64,000 nt of DNA. Source: Octopus sinensis (lineage: Eukaryota). Position 1 is the stretch's first letter, and each line of letters begins with the position of its first letter. The notes beneath the pieces are model-generated. The model was not told the origin of the DNA and did no database searches. It saw only the letters and a list, made by a program, of their open reading frames with translations. Of the stretch, positions 39,148-50,131 are shown piece after piece. The DNA is taken from NCBI RefSeq assembly GCF_006345805.1, contig NC_043007.1:8680001-8744000 (forward strand), in the 5' to 3' direction. A program made the translations under genes and the position numbers.

Positions 39148-39341
39148 TGTTTCTTTATTAACCACACAGGGCTGCACACAGACAGGACAAATTACAAGGT
39201 AGAGCTTTTCTTTTGGGGGTAAAAAAAGGGGGTTTGGTTTTCGATCAAAAGGGATCGTAAAGGGAAAGAAAGAGGACAAGAAAAGGGGGAATAAAATAAA
39301 AAAAGGGGGATGGGAGGGAAAGGAAAAAAATTGATCGTCAC

Positions 39342-39342
<1 letters not shown>
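39148..39342 (-). mobile_element. Short 3'-end copy of the Tx1/L1-like LINE inside a (GATA)n tract
   Basis: Matches 3496-3620 (tttctttatt..cacagggctgcacacaga..acaaggtagagcttttcttttggggg). GATA repeats lie on both sides. Confidence 0.85.
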
Positions 39343-39408
<66 letters not shown>

Positions 39409-39937
39409 ATAGGATAAAGTTAAGGAATTTTATGTCGTTGAATTATGTCATCATAAACCCTGATTCCTTCATAAATTCTACTACTGTATCTGAGTGCTTG
39501 TAACTAGTCCGAATTTATTGAGTAGGTACTATTAGACCAATAAATGATGAAAAGGGAATATTAGATAAACCATATTAGACAAAATTACAAGAATTGGGAA
39601 TAACATGTGTATATGTCATGGAGTAAAGAGCAGAAAACCACCCAGAGGGTGGTGTTTCGATAGTGTATGTAATTCCAACTAAATAAAATAAGCATATCCG
39701 TGTAAAAAATGTATTTCCTATCCACGTGTATGCAGTTTCGATGCCGCAGTGCGGCAGACTCGACAGAAATCTATTACTCAAGCTTAGTACTAAATCATAG
39801 TTTGTGAGTAGAATTTAGTAAACGTGTACACGTGTATAAACATACACACAATCAGACACTGACACAAACAGACAGACACAGACACATGCACACATATATA
39901 TTTGTGAGTGTATACATATATATATATATATGTATAT

Positions 39938-40122
39938 ATTTAGCAATTAAGGACAACTACTTAATAAGGAAAACTTAACAAGAAATTGTCAGGTAGATAG
40001 CGTAAAAACCTCATAAGAGAAAAAATTTCGAAAATAATTATTTCTTATTGAACATATTAATTTATATATAGAGGGCATTATACATACATGCCAGAAGGCA
40101 TTATACATACATGCCAAACGCT
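39938..40122 (-). repeat. 185-bp inverted copy of array segment 40221-40405
   Basis: Reverse complement matches 40221-40405 with no mismatch seen by eye. Confidence 0.95.
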
Positions 40123-40568
40123 GTGATACAGGTCTATATTTTTTTAAATGTCTTACTTTGAAAAATTGCATTCGGTGGGATTAGTAATATTTTTGGTAGA
40201 AATGACTAATTGTCCCTCTTAGCGTTTGGCATGTATGTATAATGCCTTCTGGCATGTATGTATAATGCCCTCTATATATAAATTAATATGTTCAATAAGA
40301 AATAATTATTTTCGAAATTTTTTCTCTTATGAGGTTTTTACGCTATCTACCTGACAATTTCTTGTTAAGTTTTCCTTATTAAGTAGTTGTCCTTAATTGC
40401 TAAATTTTTATTCCGAAAAAACTTTTCCTCTCCCGAAATGCAATTCGTAAAAGTTTGCCATTTATCCGGATGTAATATATGTAAACTCACCCATGTGCTT
40501 CGTTGATGTTGAGCAGTTAGCTGATCGGCTTAAGCGGGGCAGGGTCGTTGTTTATTTATAATACATGC

Positions 40569-40616
40569 AGGCCTGCTGATGAGTACGTAAGTATGAAATC
40601 ACTGTGATACAGGTCT
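40569..40616 (+). ncRNA. Type I hammerhead ribozyme, copy 1 (predicted cleavage after A40609)
   Basis: Stem I AGGCCUG/CAGGUCU (7 bp, one GU), core CUGAUGA, stem II GUAC(GUAA)GUAU, GAA, stem III AUCA(CUG)UGAU, cleavage triplet AUA. Confidence 0.88.
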
Positions 40617-41048
40617 ATATTTTTTTAAATGTCTTACTTTGAAAAATTGCATTCGGTGGGATTAGTAATATTTTTGGTAGAAATGACTAATTGTCCCTCT
40701 TAGCGTTTGGCATGTATGTATAATGCCTTCTGGCATGTATGTATAATGCCCTCTATATATAAATTAATATGTTCAATAAGAAATAATTATTTTCGAAATT
40801 CTTTCTCTTATGAGGTTTTTACGCTATCTACCTGACAATTTCTTGTTAATTTTCCTTATTAAGTAGTTGTCCTTAATTGCTAAATTTTTATTCCGAAAAA
40901 ACTTTTCCTCTCCCGAAATGCAATTCGTAAAAGTTTGCCATTTATCCGGATGTAATATATGTAAACTCACCCATGTGCTTCGTTGATGTCGAGCAGTTAG
41001 CTGATCGGCTTAAGCGGGGCAGGGTCGTTGTTTATTTATAATACATTC

Positions 41049-41096
41049 AGGCCTGCTGATGAGTACGTAAGTATGAAATCACTGTGATACAGGTCT
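41049..41096 (+). ncRNA. Type I hammerhead ribozyme, copy 2 (predicted cleavage after A41089)
   Basis: Identical to copy 1 across core and stems. Confidence 0.88.
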
Positions 41097-41529
41097 ATAT
41101 TTTTTTAAATGTCTTACTTTGAAAAATTGCATTCGGTGGGATTAGTAATATTTTTGGTAGAAATGACTAATTGTCCCTCTTAGCGTTTGGCATGTATGTA
41201 TAATGCCTTCTGGCATGTATGTATAATGCCCTCTATATATAAATTAATATGTTCAATAAGAAATAATTATTTTCGAAATTTTTTCTCTTATGAGGTTTTT
41301 ACGCTATCTACCTGACAATTTCTTGTTAAGTTTTCCTTATTAAGTAGTTGTCCTTAATTGCTAAATTTTTATTCCGAAAAAACTTTTCCTCTCCCGAAAT
41401 GCAATTCGTAAAAGTTTGCCATTTATCCGGATGTAATATATGTAAACTCACCCATGTGCTTCGTTGATGTCGAGCAGTTAGCTGATCGGCTTAAGCGGGG
41501 CAGGGTCGTTGTTTATTTATAATACATTC

Positions 41530-41576
41530 AGGCCTGCTGATGAGTACGTAAGTATGAAATCACTGTGATACAGTCT
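41530..41576 (+). ncRNA. Type I hammerhead ribozyme, copy 3 (stem I 3' strand has lost one G)
   Basis: Same core and stems II/III. Stem I 3' strand reads CAGUCU instead of CAGGUCU. Confidence 0.75.
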
Positions 41577-41722
41577 ATATTTTTTTATGTCTTACTTGGA
41601 AAAATTGCATTCGGTGGGATTAGTAATATTTTTGGTAGAAATGACTAATTGTCCCTCTTAGCGTTTGGCATGTATGTATAATGCCTTCTGGCATGTATGT
41701 ATAATGCCCTCTATATATAATA

Positions 41723-41760
<38 letters not shown>

Positions 41761-41976
41761 GGTATGCATGTATGCATGTATGTATGAGTAGTTCGACACC
41801 CGAGGTGTGATCTGTGTGAGCTTTCATTCTAAGATAAGTTGTAAACAACTGTATTCACTCTCTTTTTCTCCTTCCCGACACCTTCTGCTGTCTGTGCATG
41901 TGGGTATATATATATATATATATACACATACATATATATATATATTATATATATATATATATACACATACATATAT

Positions 41977-42014
<38 letters not shown>

Positions 42015-42032
42015 GATGTGTGTATATTATAT

Positions 42033-42065
<33 letters not shown>

Positions 42066-42079
42066 CACCACCATATATC

Positions 42080-42122
<43 letters not shown>

Positions 42123-42234
42123 ATATAATACACATATATAAACATGTGTGTGTGTGCGTGTAGATAGACAGATACAACGTATATATGTGTCTGAGTGTAT
42201 GCGTATTGTGGATGTGCGCGTACATATATATTAT

Positions 42235-42266
<32 letters not shown>

Positions 42267-42611
42267 CATACATATACATGTGGCGTGTGCAGTCATGTGT
42301 GAATGTGCTGCGTATGTATATATTTATCAATGCGCATTTGTTCATATATTAATCCTATAAAAAAAAGACCCAACACCGTTAATCTTTACAAGTATCGATA
42401 AGGAGCCTAACAACAACAACATCAACAACAACAACACCAACAACAATAATGTCAACATCAACAACAAGAGCAACTGACAAAAATCACAAAAAAAACCAAA
42501 TAAAAATTTAGCGAAATGTAACAAAAACCCACCCCCACAAAATAAACGAAAAAACCCTGCCAGTAAGATAACCAGAAGACGTTCGTCTTTGTTTCTTCTG
42601 CTCCTGTACAG

Positions 42612-42684
42612 ATTGGTGATGGGGTCGGGCGGGGCGGGGAGGGCGCCCGAATATATGTATTGTGCTGGGTAGAGAGCGCGGAAA
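42612..42684. promoter_or_regulatory. CpG-rich promoter-like patch (ATTGG/CCAAT box, two GGGCGG boxes, E2F-like GCGCGGAAA)
   Basis: Motifs clustered within ~75 bp in an otherwise AT-rich region. No transcript evidence. Confidence 0.3.
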
Positions 42685-43002
42685 TTGATCCATGTTCAAT
42701 TGCACATTCTCAGGTAGCTAAGAAAAAGTTAATATCGCTAATATTAAGTATTTGTCACGCCACCTGCGAATTAATACGTCTTGATAATACCGACATCTTG
42801 TAAGCGTCGATAATTGTGTGTGACAGATGTCTTCTGGTTTCTGTGTTTCAGTTTTTTTTTTCTTGTGTGTTGTGTTTTGCTTCTTTATCTTCTCCCCATT
42901 GTTTTACCATATCTCTGGTGGACCTCATTGAATGCCTTTCTCTTTCTAAACTCTACACACACACACACAAACATACACACACATGCACACGCTCACGTAA
43001 AT

Positions 43003-43046
<44 letters not shown>

Positions 43047-43078
43047 TAGATAGATAGATATATATATATAGATATATA

Positions 43079-43304
43079 CTCTGTACTCTTTTACTTGTTT
43101 CAGTCAGTTGACTGTGGCCATGCTAGAGCACCGCCTTTAGTCGAGCAAATCGACTCCAGGACTTATTCTTTGTAAGTCTAGTACTTATTCCATCGGTCTC
43201 TTTTTCCGACCGCGGATATAGTAAGAAGACACTTGCCCAAGGTGCCACGAACCCGGAACCATGTGGTTGGTAAGCAAGCTACATACCACACTGCCACTCC
43301 TACA

Positions 43305-43366
<62 letters not shown>

Positions 43367-43860
43367 TGCGTGCATCTTGGGCAAGTGTCTTCTACTATAC
43401 CTCGGGCCGACCAAAGCCTTGTGAGTGGATTTGGTAGACGGAAACTGAAAGAAGCCTGTCGTATATATATGTATATGTATATATATATAATTTTGTGCAT
43501 CTGTTTGCACCCCAACATCGCTTGACAACCGATGCTGCTGTGTTTACGTCCCCGTCACTTAGCGGTTCGTCAACAAACAAGATGAAGACAAGTATCCGTC
43601 GAATGTAAATAATGTGTATAAAAAATATTGTTAAATTGTTTTGTGTATTGTAGTAGTATAGCCAGTTCATGGCCCATAAATCTCAATAACAAAATCTTAC
43701 ATGGACCCCTAAGGGTCATACGGACCCTGGATGAGAGCTATTGGTTTAAATGCATACGGTTTTTCTTTCTCTTTCTTTCTTTCTCTTTTCTATCATTTTT
43801 GATATACGATTTTATGCTTCCCTTTCTTTCTATACTCTCCTCTCTGTCACTGTACCATCG

Positions 43861-43918
<58 letters not shown>

Positions 43919-44196
43919 AAGACACCTATCCCTCTACTCCCTCCCTCTCTTTCCCATTGCATCTATATATACTCGTTTTACTCATTTACTTGTTTCAGTC
44001 ATTTGACTGTGGCCATGCCGGAGCATCGCCTTTAGTCGAGCTAATCGACCGCAGAACATATTCTTTGTAAGCCTAGTACTTATTCTATCGGTCTCTTTTA
44101 CCGAACTGCTAAGTTACGAGGACGTAAACACACAAGCGTCGGTTGTCAAGCGATGTAGGGGGGACAAATACAGGTACACAAACATATAAACACACA

Positions 44197-44232
<36 letters not shown>

Positions 44233-44233
44233 T

Positions 44234-44332
<99 letters not shown>

Positions 44333-44465
44333 TACGATGGGATTCTCAGTTCCGTCTACCAAATCCACTCACAAGGCTTTGGTTGGCCCGAAGCTATAGT
44401 AGAAGACACTTGCCCAAGATGCCATGCTGTGGGACTGAACCCGGAACTATGTGGTTCGTAAGCAG
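43079..44465. mobile_element. Cluster of three SINE family A copies in alternating orientation (-, +, -)
   Basis: ~43079-43306 (-), ~43370-43575 (+) and ~43975-44465 (-). Confidence 0.8.
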
Positions 44466-45920
44466 TCTAAAGATTATCTATCCCTGTATCAATCTCTCCC
44501 TTCCTCTGTCCATCCTTGTCACTCACGACTCACTCTTATCTCTATCTAAAAAGATTCACACTCATCTACAAATATGTGTGTGTGTGTGTGTATTTACATA
44601 CACGCGCGCACGCGTGTAAACAATTGAGATAAGCGGATAGACATTGTCTGTGTGAAACTTTTGTTTAAACTTGATAAAACGCTTATTATAGACACAGTGA
44701 CATTTCTGGAGGGGTATCGGGGGTGCTGATCTGTAGGTGGTGAATGAGGTAGGGGTTGTGGCAGCTTCTTGGGGTGGGAGTCGAAGAGCGAATTGAGGGT
44801 GACAGCGGTGGAGACCTATATGATATTACTACCACTACAACTATTATTACTACTAGTGGTAGCCACAGTAGCAAAAGAAACACTAGTAGCCATAAATTTA
44901 ACGTTTCCAAATGGTTAAGAAATTCAGTTGTCAATCATAGCAATCTAATTTCTAGTAATTTCTGGGTGAAATTGGGGCAAATGGAAATTGTGCAGGTTCC
45001 GTAGAATCGATTGTATCTGTAATTCACTGTCTATGTAGTGAAGATGCTCGCTTGGTAACCAGGTGGTTTCAAGTTCAGCACCACTGAGTAAAAATTGTGG
45101 GCACTTTTCTAATATAGTCCCGGGAGGACTTATGCCTTCCAGACAGTTTATGTCTATTAAATATACTCTCAAGGCATATAACCACGAGCTTTCACACAGT
45201 TTGCGTCTACCAAATTCGCTCACAAGTTACAGGTTGCACGAAGCTACAGTGGAATACACTTAACCAAAGTGTCACGCAGTGGCACTGAGTTCGAAACTGC
45301 GCAGTTGGAAAATGAGCTTTTAAAACATACGGCCATGTCGATCTTACTTACTCAATGTTTTCTGACAACTGAGGTCGCCTCTATTCTTGTGTATATATGT
45401 TTTTAAGTTTCAAGTTTTACTGAGTTGAAAAAAATGGTGTCAAGATATTGTGGTGGATAATCTATACAAGCGGTGTGAAGGGCTATGCATTAACGAACGT
45501 ACCCCCTATCACGTGGGAAAGATAAAGTGGGTAGTGGCCGGGGCAGCTCTTCAATTTGCCGCCCTCGTCCCCGTCTCTACACAGGCTTAAACAGCAGATC
45601 CAAAATGCCACTTCCATAAAAGCGTTGCCTGAAGTGATCAACTTATGTCCTACTACCTACGCTACTGTCTCTAATATGTCCAGATATAGTTTTTCTTGGT
45701 CACTATTTTGTTTCATTGTGAAAATTATATGGACGTTAACGCTGTGCGCCATATATTTGATTTTCCAGCTGTCATACGTTGTACATTCAATCGTTAATCA
45801 ATACTAAAACTTCCTTTTTACTAGCTTTGCTTCTTTCCTCTCATGTATTTTACACATATGAAACTCGAGGTATGAAAGTATAGCATACACTTTTAATACA
45901 GAAAATATTACACATTCAAT

Positions 45921-46348
45921 AGGCGTAGGAGTGGCTATAGGCATAGGAGAGGCTGTGTGGTAAGTAGCTTCCTTACGAACCACATGGTTCCGGGTTCAGT
46001 CCCACTGCGTGGCATCTTGGGTAAGTGTCTTCTACTATACCCTCGGGCCGACCAAAGCCTTGTGAGTGGATTTGGTAGACGGAAACTGAAAGAAGCCCGT
46101 CGTATATATGTATATATATGTATGTGTGTTTACGCTTGTGTGACTGTGTTTGTCCCCTCAACATCGCTTGACAACCGATGCTGGTGTGTTTACGTCCCCG
46201 TAACTTAGAGGTTCGGCAAAAAAGAGACCGATAAAATAAGTACTAGGCTTACAAAGAATAAGTCCTGGGATCGATTTGCTCGACTAAAGGCGGTGCTCCA
46301 GCATGGCCACAGTCACATGACTGAAACAAGTAAAAGAGTAAAAGAGTA
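45921..46348 (+). mobile_element. SINE family A copy with a duplicated first ~18 bp
   Basis: Head ataggcgtaggagtggct-ataggcataggagaggct; full tail gtaaaagagtaaaagag. Confidence 0.9.
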
Positions 46349-47124
46349 TTCAAGATATGCTGTTTGTGCGCCATACATTTATCTACTTGTCATACGTAGA
46401 ACATCGGTTACTAGTCAACACTAAAACTTCATTTATACTAGTTCCGCTTTCTTGCTTTCGTGTGTTTTACACATATGATACTCAAAGTATGAAAATATTG
46501 CATATTTTTTTCATATTTATAGAAAACATCATGTGTTCACTCTAACTGAACAAATAAACACTTCACACGTTTTCTAATTTTTTGTAATCTTTAGTTGCAA
46601 TCAGTCTGTCACGTATTAAGGAATAATCATATTTCTATGTGTTTAGAAACATTAAAAAATATTCTTCAACGCATCCATTTGAGATATTCAAACCGGATCT
46701 AACGATATTAATGCTTTCCTTTTGTTTATGGTCGCCATTAATATTTAAATACTTTTTCTCCTTTTGTTTGTTTTCTCTTTGTGAAGTATGCAATTTTTTT
46801 TCATTTTCATTGGAGAACGTGTTGCGGCATATTCATAACAATATCTTGTTTTGCAAGTAACATGAATAAGAAAATAATTGTCTCTAAATAAAAATAGAAA
46901 CCTCATTTTGTACTTTTGCCGAACCTTGTGTTTGAAGGAAGCTTTCAAAGTTGAACAGTTATCTGCATAGAAGTAGTTTGTTTAAGAAAAAAGTCAACAA
47001 AAACCACTCTATTTTCTCAAGTAAAATATTTCACGTCGGTGAGCGACTGGTAAACAGCGTTTACTCAGCTCAGTAGTGAATAATAACCATTTCTAATAGA
47101 GGCACACGGTCTGAAATCTTGTGG

Positions 47125-47290
47125 GGAGGAGTAGTCAGTCCCACAACCCTCGTTCTTGATTGGTATTCATATTATCGACCCCAGAAGGATGAAAAAGTCG
47201 ACTCGGTGGACTTTGAACTCCGAACGTAAAGCATAAAAAGAAAAATGCCGCTAAACATTTTGCCCAGCTTGTTAACGAATCAGCCATCTT
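47125..47290 (-). mobile_element. SINE family C copy
   Basis: ttatcgacccc.gaaggatgaaa..agtcgac motif on the plus strand. Confidence 0.7.
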
Positions 47291-47366
47291 GCCGATAGTG
47301 AACAATAATAACAACAACAACAACAGCAACAACAACAACAACAATAACAATAACAATAACAATAAC

Positions 47367-47400
<34 letters not shown>

Positions 47401-47411
47401 TTAATAATAAT

Positions 47412-47963
47412 AAATGCCCTGATGCAGTACCAGGCAGTGATTCTTATGGCTTCTAATCTTAACTGATTGGAAGTGTTATTATGCACATTGTTTTGTCTTG
47501 ATATAAAAGATGGGCTACAGCAAATATTCTGCTCAATACCACAGATTTGCTTGTCAGTTGTTTGACCGTAACCAGTTGAGCATGTCCCCTGATAGCGGAC
47601 GATCTGTGCATCTCTGATCATGAGCAGATTAGTGGGGGAGCATCATAGCCATGTGTTGAGAGGAATTTTTTAGGGTTTGGATAATTCACTTCTGGAAACA
47701 TGGGCGTTTTGTTCATCATCCTTAAACAACCCTTATTCAGGGAACTTTTGATCGGGATGGGCTATTCGACCCGAAGAAAATTCTAACAGAGCCCCATCTG
47801 CAAGGACATGTGCTGTTTATCTGAGATAATCATGTCGTGCACATATGGTTGTGATGCATGTGCCTGGTGTGCCCTTATCAGATGGGTAGTCATGATGGGT
47901 ATACTGGGCTTCGTATATTTTACCCCAGTGTCACTTTGATGGCATGCACTGCTCACTCACTCA
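47412..47963 (+). mobile_element. ~550-bp retroposon 3' end flanked by (TAA)n on both sides (Dong/R4-like)
   Basis: Homologous to 49415-49952 and 50132-50648. All three share the 3' end ...ctc(a/t)ctcactcaa-(TAA)n and differ at the 5' end. Confidence 0.75.
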
Positions 47964-47975
47964 ATGATAATAATG

Positions 47976-48043
<68 letters not shown>

Positions 48044-48317
48044 GATGATGATGGTGATGATGATGATGCTGATGATAATGATAACAATGAAAATTGCAAT
48101 TCACATGGTTATTCGCAAAAAGATATACCCCCACCACCATCACTAAAATTATTTTAAAACAAAGCTGTACAATTTTCCTTTTTTATATTACATTATTGAT
48201 TTCTGTTAATTATATAGTGTTAATTATTAATTAACAATACTAGATTTATGTGCGTGTGTGTATGTGCGTTCGTGCGTGCTTGTGTGTGTCTTTTGTGTGT
48301 GTTATGTAGATTATATA

Positions 48318-48354
48318 TTTTTTTTCTTCCTCTCATTTTCCCTTTCAGGTAAGT
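48318..48354 (+). other. Candidate recursive splice site (3' acceptor immediately regenerating a 5' donor)
   Basis: 29-nt tract with 28 pyrimidines, then AG (48347-48348) followed directly by GTAAGT (48349-48354). Confidence 0.55.
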
Positions 48355-48772
48355 AAAGCTTGCTTCAGCAATTGTTTAAAATATACATAATGAAATTACT
48401 CAGACGAATTGTAGCAAAGAGACAAGATTTAAACACAGACAAGCCATTGATTGAAGTGTGAGAAAAATAAGATGCGTAAAAGATTTGTGCAGAGCCTAAA
48501 AGAAAACAAGCAACAACAATAATGGTTTGATAAGCTGAAAAAAAAAGAAGAGAAAGGATATACTTGCAAACGCCAAACACCACAGATCTTTTAAAGTATC
48601 TTTGCTAATGAAATTGCGTGTTTTGATGTTAGTTTATGACTTATTTATTTATGTTTTTTGTTTTAAAAAAATAGATAGATTAATTAATGTAATTAATTAT
48701 TTGAAGACTTTATTTAGTGACTTGGTAAGTGTCATGTACCGTATATTAGAAGGTTTCGATTGATTTTTCTCA

Positions 48773-48793
48773 GTCATCATCATCAATACCATC

Positions 48794-48838
<45 letters not shown>

Positions 48839-48844
48839 GCATCG

Positions 48845-48876
<32 letters not shown>

Positions 48877-48883
48877 GTCATCG

Positions 48884-48927
<44 letters not shown>

Positions 48928-48982
48928 GTCGTCGTCGTCATCGTTGTTGTCGTCGTCGTCGTCGTCGTCACCGTCGTCGTCG

Positions 48983-49015
<33 letters not shown>

Positions 49016-49300
49016 ATCATCATCATCATCCTCATCGTCGTCGTCATCGTCGTTGTCATCATCATCACTGCCATCATCGTCGTTGCTATCACCGTCATCT
49101 GTTGTCGTCATCGTCGCTATCGTTGTCGTCATCGATATCACCATCATCGCATTCAACGCTATCGTCGTCGTTGTCATTGTCATCATCATCATCATCATTG
49201 TCGTCATCGTTATCATCGTCGTCGTCGTCGTCATCATAATCATCATTATTGTCATCGTCGTCCCCGTCGTCATGCGCCGCTTTCGTCGTCGTCATTACCA
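48773..49300. repeat. (CAT)n/(CGT)n trinucleotide tract
   Basis: Direct reading. Confidence 0.95.
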
Positions 49301-49369
49301 TCACCATTCCTCCTCCTCATTATTGCTGAATTCGCCATTTTAATCGACGTAAATTCCAGGACTGCTTAC

Positions 49370-49404
<35 letters not shown>

Positions 49405-49414
49405 TATTATTATT

Positions 49415-49952
49415 GAGTGAGAGAGCAGTGCATGCCAACAGAGTGACACTGGGGTAAAATATACAAAGTCCAGTATACCCATGAGTACCTGTCTGATAAA
49501 GGTACACTAGGCACATGAATCACAACCATGTATGCGCGACGTGGTGATCTCATATCAAGATAAACAGCACATGACCTTGTAGGTGGGGCCCAGTTAGAAT
49601 TTTCTTCTGGTCGAGTAGCCCATCCCGCTCAAAAAGGTCCCTGAATAAGGCTTGTTTCATGATATTTAACGAAACACCCATGTTTCCAGATGTGAATTAT
49701 TCAAGCCCCAAAGAATCCCTCTCAACACATGGCTATGATGCACCCCAACTACTTCTATTCGTGATCAGAGATGCACATATCGTCAGCCACTAAGGGACAT
49801 GCTCAACTGGTTAAGGTCAAACAACTGACAAGCAAATCTGTAGTATTGAGCAGAATATTTGCTGTAGCCCATCTTTTATACCAAGACAAAACAATGTAGA
49901 TGATAGCACTTCCAATCAGTTAAGATCAGAAGCCATGAGGGCCACTGCCTGG
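49415..49952 (-). mobile_element. Second TAA-flanked Dong/R4-like 3'-end copy
   Basis: Inverted relative to 47412-47963. Confidence 0.75.
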
Positions 49953-50008
49953 CTGTTGTTGTTGTTGTTGTTGCTGTTGTTGTTGTTGTTATTATTATTA
50001 TTACAATG

Positions 50009-50058
<50 letters not shown>

Positions 50059-50087
50059 CATTATTATTATTATTGTTGTTGTTGTTG

Positions 50088-50131
<44 letters not shown>

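Larger units (their letters stand above)
40121..41720 (+). mobile_element. Tandem array of 480/481-bp units with a hammerhead ribozyme at each junction (retrozyme / Penelope-pLTR-like non-autonomous element)
   Basis: Units 40129-40609, 40610-41089 and 41090-41570, plus a ~150-bp partial unit. A few substitutions and indels separate the units. No long ORF. Confidence 0.85.

Noticed and set aside
40129-41570. Regular repeat array considered as CRISPR
   Set aside because: Units are 480/481 bp with no unique spacers, no cas genes are present, and the context is eukaryotic.
48697-49420. Poly-Asp, poly-His and poly-Ser ORFs suggesting an acidic biomineralisation or His-rich protein
   Set aside because: All frames of a (CAT/CGT)n tract are open. 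No signal peptide, unique domain or convincing exon structure.
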